Assembly: GCF_963921235.1 (NCBI RefSeq)
Contig: NC_086097.1
Span: 230,332,001-230,396,000 of the forward strand
Length of the DNA: 64,000 bases
Source of the DNA: Mobula hypostoma
Lineage: Eukaryota
Reading direction: 5' to 3'
In this document: one piece after another, positions 38,330 through 49,815 of the stretch
Layout: every line of letters begins with the position of its first letter
How positions within the stretch are numbered: position 1 is the stretch's first letter
The notes under the pieces: generated by a model
Told to the model about the DNA's origin: nothing
Databases searched by the model: none
The model's input: the letters and a program-made list of their open reading frames with translations, nothing else
Made by a program: the position numbers and the translations under genes

Positions 38330-41300
38330 CTGGCCAAGAACAATAATAAAGAAAACAGTTATTAATATAAAAATTGCCATGAATCAGGAGGAAAATTAAA
38401 TAAGGTTTAGTTTTCCAGATTTAACTCAGGCTTATGACAGACTCTCTGCCATGTTTACCCCATCTCGCCTAAGACAACAAACCGACTCTTTTAATAGAGT
38501 TTAAAATTCTTTGTAGCAGTTTTATACATTTACTTATTCAAACTCCTAATTCAATTTTATAGCAATTACTTCAGTTGGCCCTTACACTTCACTTGAAAAT
38601 TCAAGCACTGAAAAATCCTGGCTGTAAATGAAAATGCAACCAGTCAAATGAATATTAGAATAACAATGCAGTTGACCATACTAATGAGACATGGATTAAT
38701 TTCACCTATTAACAAATCTGCCTCTTCCATTCAATTGTACACGGCAGTAATGACCAGATTAACTAAGTGAAATACAAAATAGACACTAGCAAGCTCTCCA
38801 TTCTGTTCTACTCAATACCTGATTTTCCATTGAAAGGAAATGAAAATCGACTTTTTCAACCAAGTACTGTACGTGATTACCAACTGACCATAAAACAGTC
38901 CACTTCCCACGAGTAAATTTGGGAAACACTAACCACTCAACAAGCAAAATAATTGCATTAAAAAGGTATGAATTCTTTATAGAAAATAAGCAATTGATTT
39001 TGGAGATTATGTTACTTAATAACTCTAGTCCCAACCGAACAACTTGAGTTTTAATCCTCTTTAGAATGATTCCATTGAACACGCTCCTAAAAATGAAATC
39101 CTAAACTTTAACAACACAGCCCTGTTGAGAATACGATATTCCTTTTTATCAGTTATTTTAGCATCTATTCTGTTTATCTGCAAAGAGATCACTTTCAAAG
39201 TAGAGTAATAGGAGGAGACCACTGACTACAGAACTTTCTGGAAAATAGATAGCTAATTGCAAAACTCTACTTACTCACTGCTCCACACCCAAAAATCCCT
39301 CATGACCCCTACACTCCAACCTATCCTTTTTGACCACAACCTCACAAAAAATCAATTAGAGTTTTGCAAACTTTCTAGAGAAAGAGAAAAAAAAACCCAC
39401 AGTTTTACACAAGTTCTGTGAGCAATGATTTGATTTGCTTCTGTGATGCACAGCGCTTCTTGTAAGATCATTATCCTTGTTCTAGGCATTCACACAAGTA
39501 GGAACAGTAAGAAGAATGAACAATGACTGTTGGTGAACATCAAGCCTTATTAAACCTAGTTATTATTTCACCAAAGATTCAGATAAAATGGTGAGATAAA
39601 GAAGAATCTAAGGACATTTTAAATAAATATTGGAAAGTTTCCCAGTGAGGCTCTAGATGCAATGAAACAGGACCAAATGCATTGGCATGGGTTGGAAATT
39701 GGTGAGGACTTGGGAGACAAAACTGGAACTAATTGTCAGAATTACAGGAGTTTTGAAGATCCCCAAAGGAGAGAAATCTTAATTCACATCACAAAGATAC
39801 AAAGAAACCAAAATATCTTAACTTACTTCGCATAGGTACAAATTAGGTAAAAAGAAAAATCATACTGAAGAGGGCTGTTGTTAAAAGAGAGACTAAAAAG
39901 GCAGGATTTTAAAGAGGCCTTAAAAAGGAACAGAGGCTCAAAAAGCATAAAAGTCTATGAAATTAAAAAAACAGCAGTTTGGAATTTCTCCAGAGATCCT
40001 ACTAATCTCCCGCCAAAGTTACAGCAGGAAAACAATATAACTGTGGAAATCCTGGATGAGGGGTGGAGGGATCGCAAATCAACAAAATCTCAATTTTAGA
40101 CCACACTGGTCCATTTCAGATCTTTTGAAAAGTTATTAGATGGCAATACTATATGTAAACAATTGAAAATTAAATTCATTTATGACTTTATATTGCTTAT
40201 AAAAAGGAGAATATATGGGAAAAAGATAACACATTTTAATATCTATAAGCCAAAATTGAACTAGTAGTCTGTAATTTGTTTTTACATATACAGCTAAAAA
40301 TACTCTGATGCACACAGAAAGACATCTGCTAATCCTCATGCTATGGATGATTAGTTACAGTGCTGTAAAATCTGCCAAACAAGCAATCTTTCACTTTAAT
40401 GATTCACAAAAAACAAAGCCCTACATTAAACAATGAACACATCAATCCAATATCACTGAGCTGCTGACTCTTTTACTATTAAAACAGACAAACACGCTTG
40501 CAACCAGCAGTCACATCAGTTACTTGAAGGTAAATGAAAATAAAACAGGAGAATATTATGATAAAGAATAGCTTTGTGAGCCCAAATAAAATTAAACCTT
40601 TTCAGCGAAACAAGAGGGAAAAGGTCAACAAATCAAACAATGAATGTCCAATGTGATAACTCAAGCTTCTAATTAGGACCTGCAGGAAGTCTGCGCTCAT
40701 AATCTACCACACTGCTATAAATAAAAATAAGCATTTCAAATATCCATATGAAACAGGGGCCGATCCTATTTTCACAATCAAACAAGAGGCCTGATACCTA
40801 CTTCAGATTCCCTCTGTAACACTGCATCAGCTATATTCAGATATATCTGCTTTACATGGAGTCCTTAAAGTGGCCACAGCTAAAGACACAACTGAGGAAT
40901 GGAATCCACCTGGTTCCAGGAGACTACATCTCTTTTTGCAATTCAATGTCCAGAGTTTTTAAAAAAAACCCGCAAACAGCAGGGAAATCATTCAGTTCTG
41001 GGCTAACGTATAGGGTTCAGAATCGGAATTACTATCAGCTTCTGATCTGACATGAAATTTGTTGTTTTCTGCTGCAGTATGGTGCAGGCTAGTAATGCTT
41101 GTGCAAGAAGATTGTCCTTAATACATGCTGTTGCAAATTTCCCATCAAAATTCTCTGGGACATTACTGCCCAGAAATTTAACTCAGCCACATAAATATAC
41201 TGGTTTTCAATAGTTGGTGAAAGGCTGGGTATTCTGCAGAGAGTGATTTAGTACCCAGTTTCGCAAAGAGCTTCCACTATCTAAAAAGGCAAGTCTGAAT

Positions 41301-41519
41301 TGGCTGTTACCATGGTAACTTTGGTCTACACCCTATCACAGACATTCCTTTTGTTCTCTCCGTCCATTTCCCTCTCTGCAAGTGTAAACATGCCCTTTTC
41401 TCACTTTTCCAATTCTGAGGAGGGTCTCCTCAACCTGAAACTTCAACCTTGCTTCATTCCTTTCTGATGCTGCAAGAGCTGATCGATGTTTCCAGGATGT
41501 TTTTAAAATGTTTTTGTAA

Positions 41520-41990
41520 AGTTTCGTGCCCCTTAGAAGTCTTATACGTGATGTCACCACCAGACACGGCTTTCCTTTCCCACTATCATCCAGAAAGGTT
41601 TTGTTGAGGGGTTCCCAACCTTTTTTTATGCCATGGACCAAAACCACAAAGCAAGGGGTCCATGGACCCAGGTTGGGAACTCCTGGATGATATCCTCCAT
41701 GATACTTTGGGTCAGCCTTCCACCTCCATCAGTATCCTCAAAGTAGCTTTCCATGCAACTGCAGAAAATCTAACACCAATTCTTTTACCGCTTCTCCCAC
41801 CATCCAAGGACTTGACATAATTAATGTGATGCAAAGATTTAACAGTACTTCTTCCAATTTATGATACTGCATCCAGTGCTTATGATGGGGTCTCCTTAAC
41901 ATTAGGATCACCTTGATTCCAGTTGCCTCACACTTGCACTGAACTCTCTGCCTTTGGCCACCTACACTGTGACTGTATTCACAATCGACT
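41520..41990 (+). mobile_element. Old PLE fragment with GIY-YIG remnant, containing an 80-bp hAT MITE (41606-41685)
   Basis: ~41838-41906 reads F-N-S-T-S-S-N-L-*-Y-C-I-Q-C-L-*-W-G-L-L-N-I-R, a decayed TSSNLIYCIQC..CGLLYIG endonuclease motif. Confidence 0.6.
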
Positions 41991-43559
41991 CATCTCCAAC
42001 CCCTGTCCCTCGTTGTCAGAGTACAATGCCGGCAGGTCCATTGCCGTATTTCCAGTTGTCACAGTTATGTAACTAGTGCAAAATGTCTTGGAGCATCCAA
42101 ATAGGTGCTGAAATATGCCTAAATGCATGTATGTATGTATTTCCATAACAAGCAGGGTTTATTCTATGTGTATATTTATACAGCAAACATAACATTTTAT
42201 TCTTTACTTTCGTAATGAAGGGAACACCAGCAAACTTAAAACCAAATTTGAAAGTGCTAGAAACACACAGCAGGTCAGGTGGCATCTATGAAAAAAGAAA
42301 CAGAGTTAATATTTCAGACTGGAAGATCTTTCATCAGAATCTTGCCTTCGGTGTGAAAAATTAACTGTTTCACTTTCCACAGATGCTGTGGGGCATACTG
42401 AGGCTTCCAGCATTTTCTATTTTTGTTCCAGCTTTTTGGCATCTGCATTTTTTTCCATTAACTGGGAAATCCATGTTAATATCAATGACATGACACTAAG
42501 GTTGAGCTTTCTTATCCAGCCACTGTTGTGTCAGTAAGTGCAGAATTTGCAGATGCTAACACAACAATAATGAAAGAATGTTGGCATAAGCCCAAGTGAG
42601 GATGGTCTACAATTTGGAAATGATGCAAGTCACAGTACAGTATAGAGCTGCAGAGACATAGCTGCAATACAGTGGTAACATGTGTCTTCAACAGAGAGAA
42701 CATCGAATCAACACCAATTATACACCTTTATTTTCCTTCAGACTATTGTCCACATTGCATAATGTGTTTCTCATTCATTAACACCTGCTTTGTACTGCTG
42801 TCAGAGGAACTTCAGTCACGTTGTTAGCCTTAAGCAGACAAGGGAAGACTTTGACCTCAAGATCATAAAATCAGAAGACAGTATTAATCCCCAGAGAATC
42901 AATTATAAGCGATTTGTGGGAAACCAATGACTTTTTAAAACAGTACATAAAGAACAATTGAAAGGTGCACAATTAAGGAGGTAAACATAAATTGTTGCTG
43001 AATTTCAGTAAAAGAGGAATGGTAGATGTTTTGCGGTGTTTTAACTTTTTTTAAATAATGGGCGGAAGTCTGAATAGCTCCAAGTGATACTTCAATTCTT
43101 TGTGAACTTGCAGCATGCAAGGTGTCTGTACAAATTAATCCCTGTAGGTTTGTTGATGTCTTACTGTTTGCTGATAGCAGCTGAATTCTAACCTAGCCTC
43201 AGGCACCAGTGGAATGAGGATGTCTGTTGATGAACATATCAGTTCTTTGAATGAAAGAAACCATGCTGAGTTTGGGGCATGAGAACAGAAGATCAAAGGG
43301 TCTGTCCATCTCTGTGTGTCTCACTAGGCTTGTGGAACTCCCTATTTACTGCAGTACCTATCGCATGGTTATTGCGATTCCAACTAGACCGAAGAATTTT
43401 ATTCGGTACTTAGGATCCAGACCCAGGGTGGTTTCATGAGTCGGAATTTGGAGTTTTCCCCGACATCAGTGACAATCAAGTAGTGACTAAGAATCGAGAG
43501 CCCTGAAATCTTTGTAACTTACTACATAGTATCTTGTGTGGTTTATTTGCGCTTTCAAA

Positions 43560-44166
43560 GAGTAAAGAGGTCCTTCTGCAGCTGTACAGGGCCCTGGTGA
43601 GACAACACCTGGAGTATTGTGTGCAGTTTTGGTCTCCAAATTTGAGGAAGGACATTCTTGCTATTGAGAGAGTGCAGCGTAGGTTCACAAGGTTAATTCC
43701 AGGGATGGTGGGACTGTCATATGTTGAAAGATTAGAGCGACTGGGCTTGTATACACTGGAATTTAGAAGGATGAGAGGGGATCTGATTGAAACATATAAG
43801 ATTATTAAGGGATTGGACACGCTGGAGGCAGGAAGCATGTTCCCGCTGATGGCTGAGTCCAGAACCAGAGGCCACAGTTTAAGAATAAGGGGTAGGCCAT
43901 TTAGAACGGAGTTGAGGAAAAACTTTTTCACCCAGAGAGTGATGGATATGTGGAATGCTCTGCCTCAGAAGACAGTGGAGGCCAAGTTTCTGGATGTTTT
44001 CAAGAAAGAGTTAGATAGAGCTCTTAAAGATAGCGGAGTCAAGGGATATGGGGAGAAGGCAGGAAAAGGGTACTGATTGTGGATGATCAGCCATGATCAC
44101 AGTGAATGGCGGTGCTGGCTCGAAGGGCCCAATGGCCTACTCCTGCACCTATTGTCTATTGTCTAT
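43560..44166 (+). mobile_element. Relatively young 5'-truncated CR1 LINE
   Basis: ORF 43534..44076 is open over ~170 codons of the CR1 ORF2 C-terminus (LYRALVRQHLEYCVQFWSP...RTRGHSLR...FFTQRV); 3' tail ctattgtctattgtctat. Confidence 0.9.
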
Positions 44167-44884
44167 TTTATGACAGTAATTTAGGCTCGAGTTACTTCAT
44201 TGTGCTTGTACACTCATTGCTGCATTTCCTGGTCAGTCGAATTGTTGGGGTCTTTTGGGTCTGATCAACCCAACCCATTACAGAAGGTAACTGATGACAG
44301 CACTGATATGCCAATCTGTCGGGCAACACACACACCACCTTTAAGACGGCTTGGAGGCTATCAAGTTCAAACTCTAATGACATTGGACATACCAGTAAGA
44401 ACACAAACAAAGTGCCAACTCAGTTCAAACCTATACAAGCATTAGTTCTGGAGACAGTACTGCTTCATAGCTGTCAGTGACCCTTACATCAAATCAGGTT
44501 ACACAATAAGTATAGTTAACCCACTGCTAAGCATGGTCTTTCTGTAATCCCATCAATACTTAAATAAATGAATATCCTACTACTACGTCGACTCAGGCCT
44601 AGGGGGCCGGTCAGGTCAGGGCCTTATCTTGCTACTCGTGCCACGCAGCCCAGTACTACGACCTGTCCTGGGTCGGGTTGTCGGCAACTCAACCCTCACA
44701 CCCCCGGTGCACTTCGGTTAACCAGGGAGGAGGGTGTGTAGGCACCCAGCAGGACTAAAAACAGAACCTGTCAAAGGGAGGATGAACTCTTCGTGAATCA
44801 ACAGCCACCTCCTGTCTGTGTGAGGAGTGGCCGGCCACACAGTCTTGTAAGGCATAAGGCAAGGCATATTGAATATCCAGTCAG

Positions 44885-45300
44885 ACCATAAGACATAGAA
44901 GCAGAACTAGGTTATTCAATCCATCAAATCTGCTCTGCCATTTGATCATGGCTAATTTATTTTCCTTCTCAACCCTATTCTCCTGCCTTCTCCCCATAAT
45001 CTTTGGCGCCCTTACTGATCAAAAACTTATCAACCTCTGCTTTAAATATACTGAATTGATTTGGCCTCCACAGCTGTCTATGACAACGAATTCCAGACTC
45101 ACCACCCTCTGGCTAAAGAAATTCCTTCTCATCTCTGTTCCAAAAGAACATCCTTGTATTCAGAGGCTGTGTCTGGTCTGGACTCTCTCACTACTGCAAA
45201 CATCCTATCCATGTCCACTTTCAATATTTGCTAGGTTCTTCCTCATTCTTCTAAACTCCAGTGAGTACGGGCCCAGAACCATTCAACACTCCTCATACGT
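44885..45300 (-). mobile_element. CR1 LINE 3' fragment
   Basis: agaccataagacatagaagcagaa 3' end and CR1 ORF2 tail remnants. Confidence 0.7.
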
Positions 45301-45319
45301 TGAACAAATACCCCTGGTT

Positions 45320-45601
45320 ATCATATGACCTACCGATGCTCACCACTAAAATCGAGGCTAGCGGGGCACTGTCTACGCCACCCCGAGCTACCTGCCAGCC
45401 TAGTCACCATATGGGAGCCCGAGCACGGGAGGATGAATCCTGGGCGCCCTCCCAAGACTACGGTCAGCACGCTCCTAGAAGACAGCGGTGCGGCTAATGT
45501 AGATGAACCGAACACACTGATGAGGGAGAGGGAGAAGTGGAGAGTCCGTTATCGTGCCCGACGCCGGCCCCCTAGGCCTGAGTCGACGTAGTGTAGTAGT
45601 A
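45320..45601 (+). mobile_element. RTE-like LINE 3' end with (GTA)n tail
   Basis: ORF 45325..45591 LAGHCLRHPE...IWEP.HGR..PGRP..T....L.ED...LMRERE.WR, followed by gtagtgtagtagta. Confidence 0.75.
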
Positions 45602-45664
45602 CCGTACAATACATGCTTTGAGTTAAAAGGCTGGATTGTTCGACCTGCTGACTCACTTATCTGT

Positions 45665-46720
45665 CAGGCCTGGAGAGCGGCACAGTACGGAGAGCGGCAG
45701 AGGCTAGAGAGCGGCACAGTACAGAGAGCGGCACAGTACAGAGAGCGGCACGGTACAGAGAGCGGCACAGTACGGAGAGCGGCACAGGCCCGGAGAGCGG
45801 CACAGTACGGAGAGCGGCACAGTACGGAGAGCGGCAGAGGCTAGAGAGCGGCACAGGCCTGGAGAGCGGCACGGTACGGAGAGCGGCAGAGGCTAGAGAG
45901 CGGCACGGTACAGAGAGCGGCACAGTACAGAGAGCGGCACGGTACGGAGAGCGGCACGGTACGGAGAGCGGCACGGTACAGAGAGCGGCACAGGCCCGGA
46001 GAGCGGCACAGTGCGGAGAGCGGCACAGTACGGAGAGCGGCACAGTACGGAGAGCGGCAGAGGCTAGAGAGCGGCACAGTACAGAGAGCGGCACAGGCCT
46101 GGAGAGCGGCACGGTACGGAGAGCGGCACGGTACAGAGAGCGGCACGGTACGGAGAGCGGCACAGGCCCGGAGAGCGGCACAGGCCCGGAGAGCGGCACG
46201 GTACGGAGAGCGGCACGGTACGGAGAGCGGCACGGTACGGAGAGCGGCACGGTACGGAGAGCGGCACAGGCCCGGAGAGCGGCACGGTACGGAGAGCGGC
46301 ACGGTACGGAGAGCGGCACGGTACGGAGAGCGGCACAGGCCCGGAGAGCGGCACAGTACGGAGAGCGGCACAGTACGGAGAGCGGCAGAGGCTAGAGAGC
46401 GGCACAGTACAGAGAGCGGCACAGGCCTGGAGAGCGGCACGGTACGGAGAGCGGCAGAGGCTAGAGAGCGGCACGGTACGGAGAGCGGCACAGGCCCGGA
46501 GAGCGGCACAGTACGGAGAGCGGCACAGTACGGAGAGCGGCACAGGCCCGGAGAGCGGCACAGGCCCGGAGAGCGGCACGGTACGGAGAGCGGCACAGGC
46601 CCGGAGAGCGGCACGGTACGGAGAGCGGCACGGTACGGAGAGCGGCACGGTACAGAGAGCAGCACAGGCCCGGAGAGCGGCACGGTACAGAGAGCGGCAC
46701 GGTACAGAGAGCCGCACAGT
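45665..46720. repeat. GC-rich minisatellite, about 60 units of 17-18 bp (GAGAGCGGCA + CAGTACG / CGGTACG / CAGTACA / CAGGCCCG / CAGGCCTG / GAGGCTA)
   Basis: Directly visible tandem array with interspersed variant units. Confidence 0.97.
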
Positions 46721-48689
46721 AGCATGGAGTTAGTGCAACACTTTACATCACCAGTGATCAGTGATCGGGGTACAGTTCCCACCACTGTCTGAAAGGAGAA
46801 ACAGCAACACTTACGAATTGTGTCAGCTGTCGACACGAAACAACGCATTTCACTATGTTTCAATATACGCACATGAGACAAACAAAGCTGATCTCTCTGT
46901 GGTTCTGGTCTGTTTAGTGCTGCGATCGACAGAGCAGCTGTCCGTTCTCCAAGATGGCCAAATTTGGAGTGGACTAGAATCGACCAGCCACCCTGTGAGC
47001 CAGCAGGAGACCCTTCCCATTCAGCTAAACTGCTCCGTTGACTTTTTGAGTAATTGGACTGCAGAGTGGCGAGTCAGTGAGTCAGACCACCACTGGAGAG
47101 GAGGCGGGGGTAGAAACAAGGAAAGGCTGGTGACTCTTCTCGGTTAGTGTTCTTTTTGAGATTTGTCGGATGAGGAAGAAGGTTTGGCACAAACACATGC
47201 CCGTTCAAGTGAGCACAAAGCCCAGAAACGTCGTCACAAATTTTCACGTCAATCAGCTGGGTGCTGGAGGATTGGGAAGCTGCAGCACATGACCTATCCG
47301 AGGCACAGATGATTGGTGAATGGCCAGAAATCTGCCTGCTGAATTCCATCAGGCACGCATCAAGCTCCCAAATGTTCCCCAACAGCTGCACAGCTTTGGT
47401 CATTCAGCATTACAATAGAAAGGCGATGTTTCACATATTCAGTGCTTAAGGCAAAATCTGACTGAAACTTGGATGGTATGAGAAGGCAGCTGGTATGAGG
47501 CTCATTGGAATGAGGAAAACTGAAGTCTGAGAATCGGGGCCAGGACAGTGGCACAGCTAATTGAACTGATCTCTCATATCTCCAGCAACCTTGGTTCAAT
47601 CCTGACCTCGGGTGCTGTCTGTGTGGAGTTTGCATGATTCCCCTGTTCTTGCATGGCTTTCCACTACGAACTCAGATTTCCTCCTGCATCCCAAAAACAT
47701 GCAAACTGGCAAGTTAACTGCCACCACCAGCATAAGTCACTGCATTAAGGGGCACAATGGTATCCACCATTGTGCTGTTCTCTAATTTTATGTGTTGAAT
47801 TCTAAAAATAATGTTAGTTGCTTTGTTAGAGTGAGTTTTTTTGGGTAGATGATTCGTTTACACTTAAATTACTTTGGTCACCAGATTTCTATTTTAACTG
47901 TTTGACAATGCGCTTCCTAAAAGGGTGTGAATACCAGATGCTTCTGGCGCTGTAGTTTGACCTAATGTTGTAGTTTCGAAGACAGTATTATCTATACATT
48001 ATAAATATTAATTGTCTTCTATGTTAGCACGTAAAATGCCAAGTAAATCCTAAAGGCTGTGGATACCAACCCAGACATGTTGGTGTCGGAAGGAAAGGAT
48101 GGTGTGATATTTTGTATGTAGCTTCAAAAGGAAGCATTGTCTATGCATTGTCTGCAGCTTTTTAAGTAGCGATTGCCTTTGTGTTTAGCGTATAAATATC
48201 GAGTCCACATTGAGCTAGCAGACCTTTCTACCGAAAGCGTCTCCATCCGTAAGATGCCTGCTGTACCTTGTTGTGTTGAATAAAGAAGCTGCTTTGTATC
48301 TACCAGTGACACTGTCTCTCCGGTGATTTCATCCACGCTACAACAGCTTCATATAAAAATATATGTATGTCCAGTATGTATATATCATATATGAAAAAGT
48401 TAGGTTTTTTTTATGTTTTGGTATTTATCAAACGAAGTGAGCAAAGCCAAAATAGCTTATTCCAAAACTTTATTCACCATGTGGTTGTGCGCAGTATTGT
48501 TATTAAATCAGGAAATAAAACTGGTTGCTTTGGATAAGTATTATATGGTAAAACTAAAAGGTGTCTTAGATTTCAATGTTCCCACATTTAGCAAAGAGGT
48601 ACAGTAGTTTTCTACAGTGCTGCAGACATCTCACTTGGTTTCTTTAATATATTCAACGAATGACATTGTGCTCATCATGGTCTGAATCT

Positions 48690-49815
48690 CATAGAAACAT
48701 AGAAAATAGGTGCAGGAGTAGGCCATTCGGCCCTCCGAGTCTGCACCGCCATTCAGTATGATCATGGCTGATCATCCAACTCAGAACCCTGCACCAGCCT
48801 TCCCTCCATACCCCCTGATCCCTTTAGCCACAAGGGCCATATCTAACTCCCTCTTAAATATCGCCAATGAACTGGCATCAACTGTTTCCTGTGGCAGAGA
48901 ATTCCACAGATTCACCACTCTCTGTGTGAAGAAGTTTTTCCTAATCTCGGTCCTAAAAGGCTTCCCCTTTATCCTCAAACTGTGACCCCTCGTTCTGGAC
49001 TTCCCCAACATCGGGAACAATCTTCCTGCATCTAGCCTGTCCAATCCCTTTAGGATTTTATACGTTTCAATAAGATCCCCCCTCAATCTTCTAAATTCCA
49101 ACGAGTATAAGCCTAGTTGATCCAGTCTTTCTTCATATGAAAGTCCTGCCATTCCAGGAATCAATCTGGTGAACCTTCTTTGTACTCCCCCTATGGCAAG
49201 GATGCCTTTCCTCAGATTAGGGGACCAAAACTGCACATAATACTCCAGGTGTGGTCTCACTAAGGCCTTGTACAACTGCAGTAGAACCTCCCTGCTCCTG
49301 TACTCGAATCCTCTTGCTATGAATGCCAGCATACCATTCACCTTTTTCACCGCCTGCTGTACCTGCATGCCCACTTTCAATGACTGGTGCATAATGACAA
49401 CCAGGTCTCGTTGCACCTCCCCTTTTCCTAATCGGCCACCATTCAGATAATAATCTGTTTTCCTGTTTTTGCCACCAAAGTGGATAACCTCATATTGATC
49501 CACATTAAATTGCATCTGCCATGAATTTGCCTACTCACCCAACCTATCCAAGTCACCCTGCATCCTCTTAGCATCCTCCTCACAGCTAACACTGCCGCCC
49601 AGCTTCGTGTCATCCGCAAACTTGGAGATGCTGCATTTAATTCCCTCGTTTAAGTCATTAATATATATTGTAAACAGCTGGGGTCCCAGCACTGAGCCTT
49701 GCGGTACCCCACTCATCACTGCCTGCCATTCTGGAAAGGTCCCGTTTATTCCCACTCTTTGCTTCCTGTCTGCCAACCAATTCTCCATCCACATCAATAC
49801 CATACCCCCAATACC
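48690..49815 (-). mobile_element. Young 5'-truncated CR1 LINE with RT C-terminal half
   Basis: ORFs 49531..49803 ([29 protein letters not shown]) and 48781..49515 are in the same frame, separated by one TAG; 3' tail (ttctatgt)n. Confidence 0.92.

Noticed and set aside
39265..39285. Strong donor-like sequence on the minus strand (cagtgagtaagt)
   Set aside because: No matching acceptor or coding frame was identified; a lone donor motif is expected by chance in 64 kb.
44612..44860. HDV-like ribozyme on the minus strand (ggtgc...ccctcctccctgg...gcacc-gg)
   Set aside because: About 10 extra nt separate the putative P3 and P1 3' strands, and I could not place a convincing P2 or J4/2; not supportable without a structure search.
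45665..46720. CRISPR-like look (constant 10-mer with variable intervening sequence) and long ORFs of 217-346 aa
   Set aside because: The variable parts are only 7-8 nt, drawn from a few recurring variants; the context is eukaryotic with no cas genes. The ORFs are by-products of a stop-poor tandem repeat.
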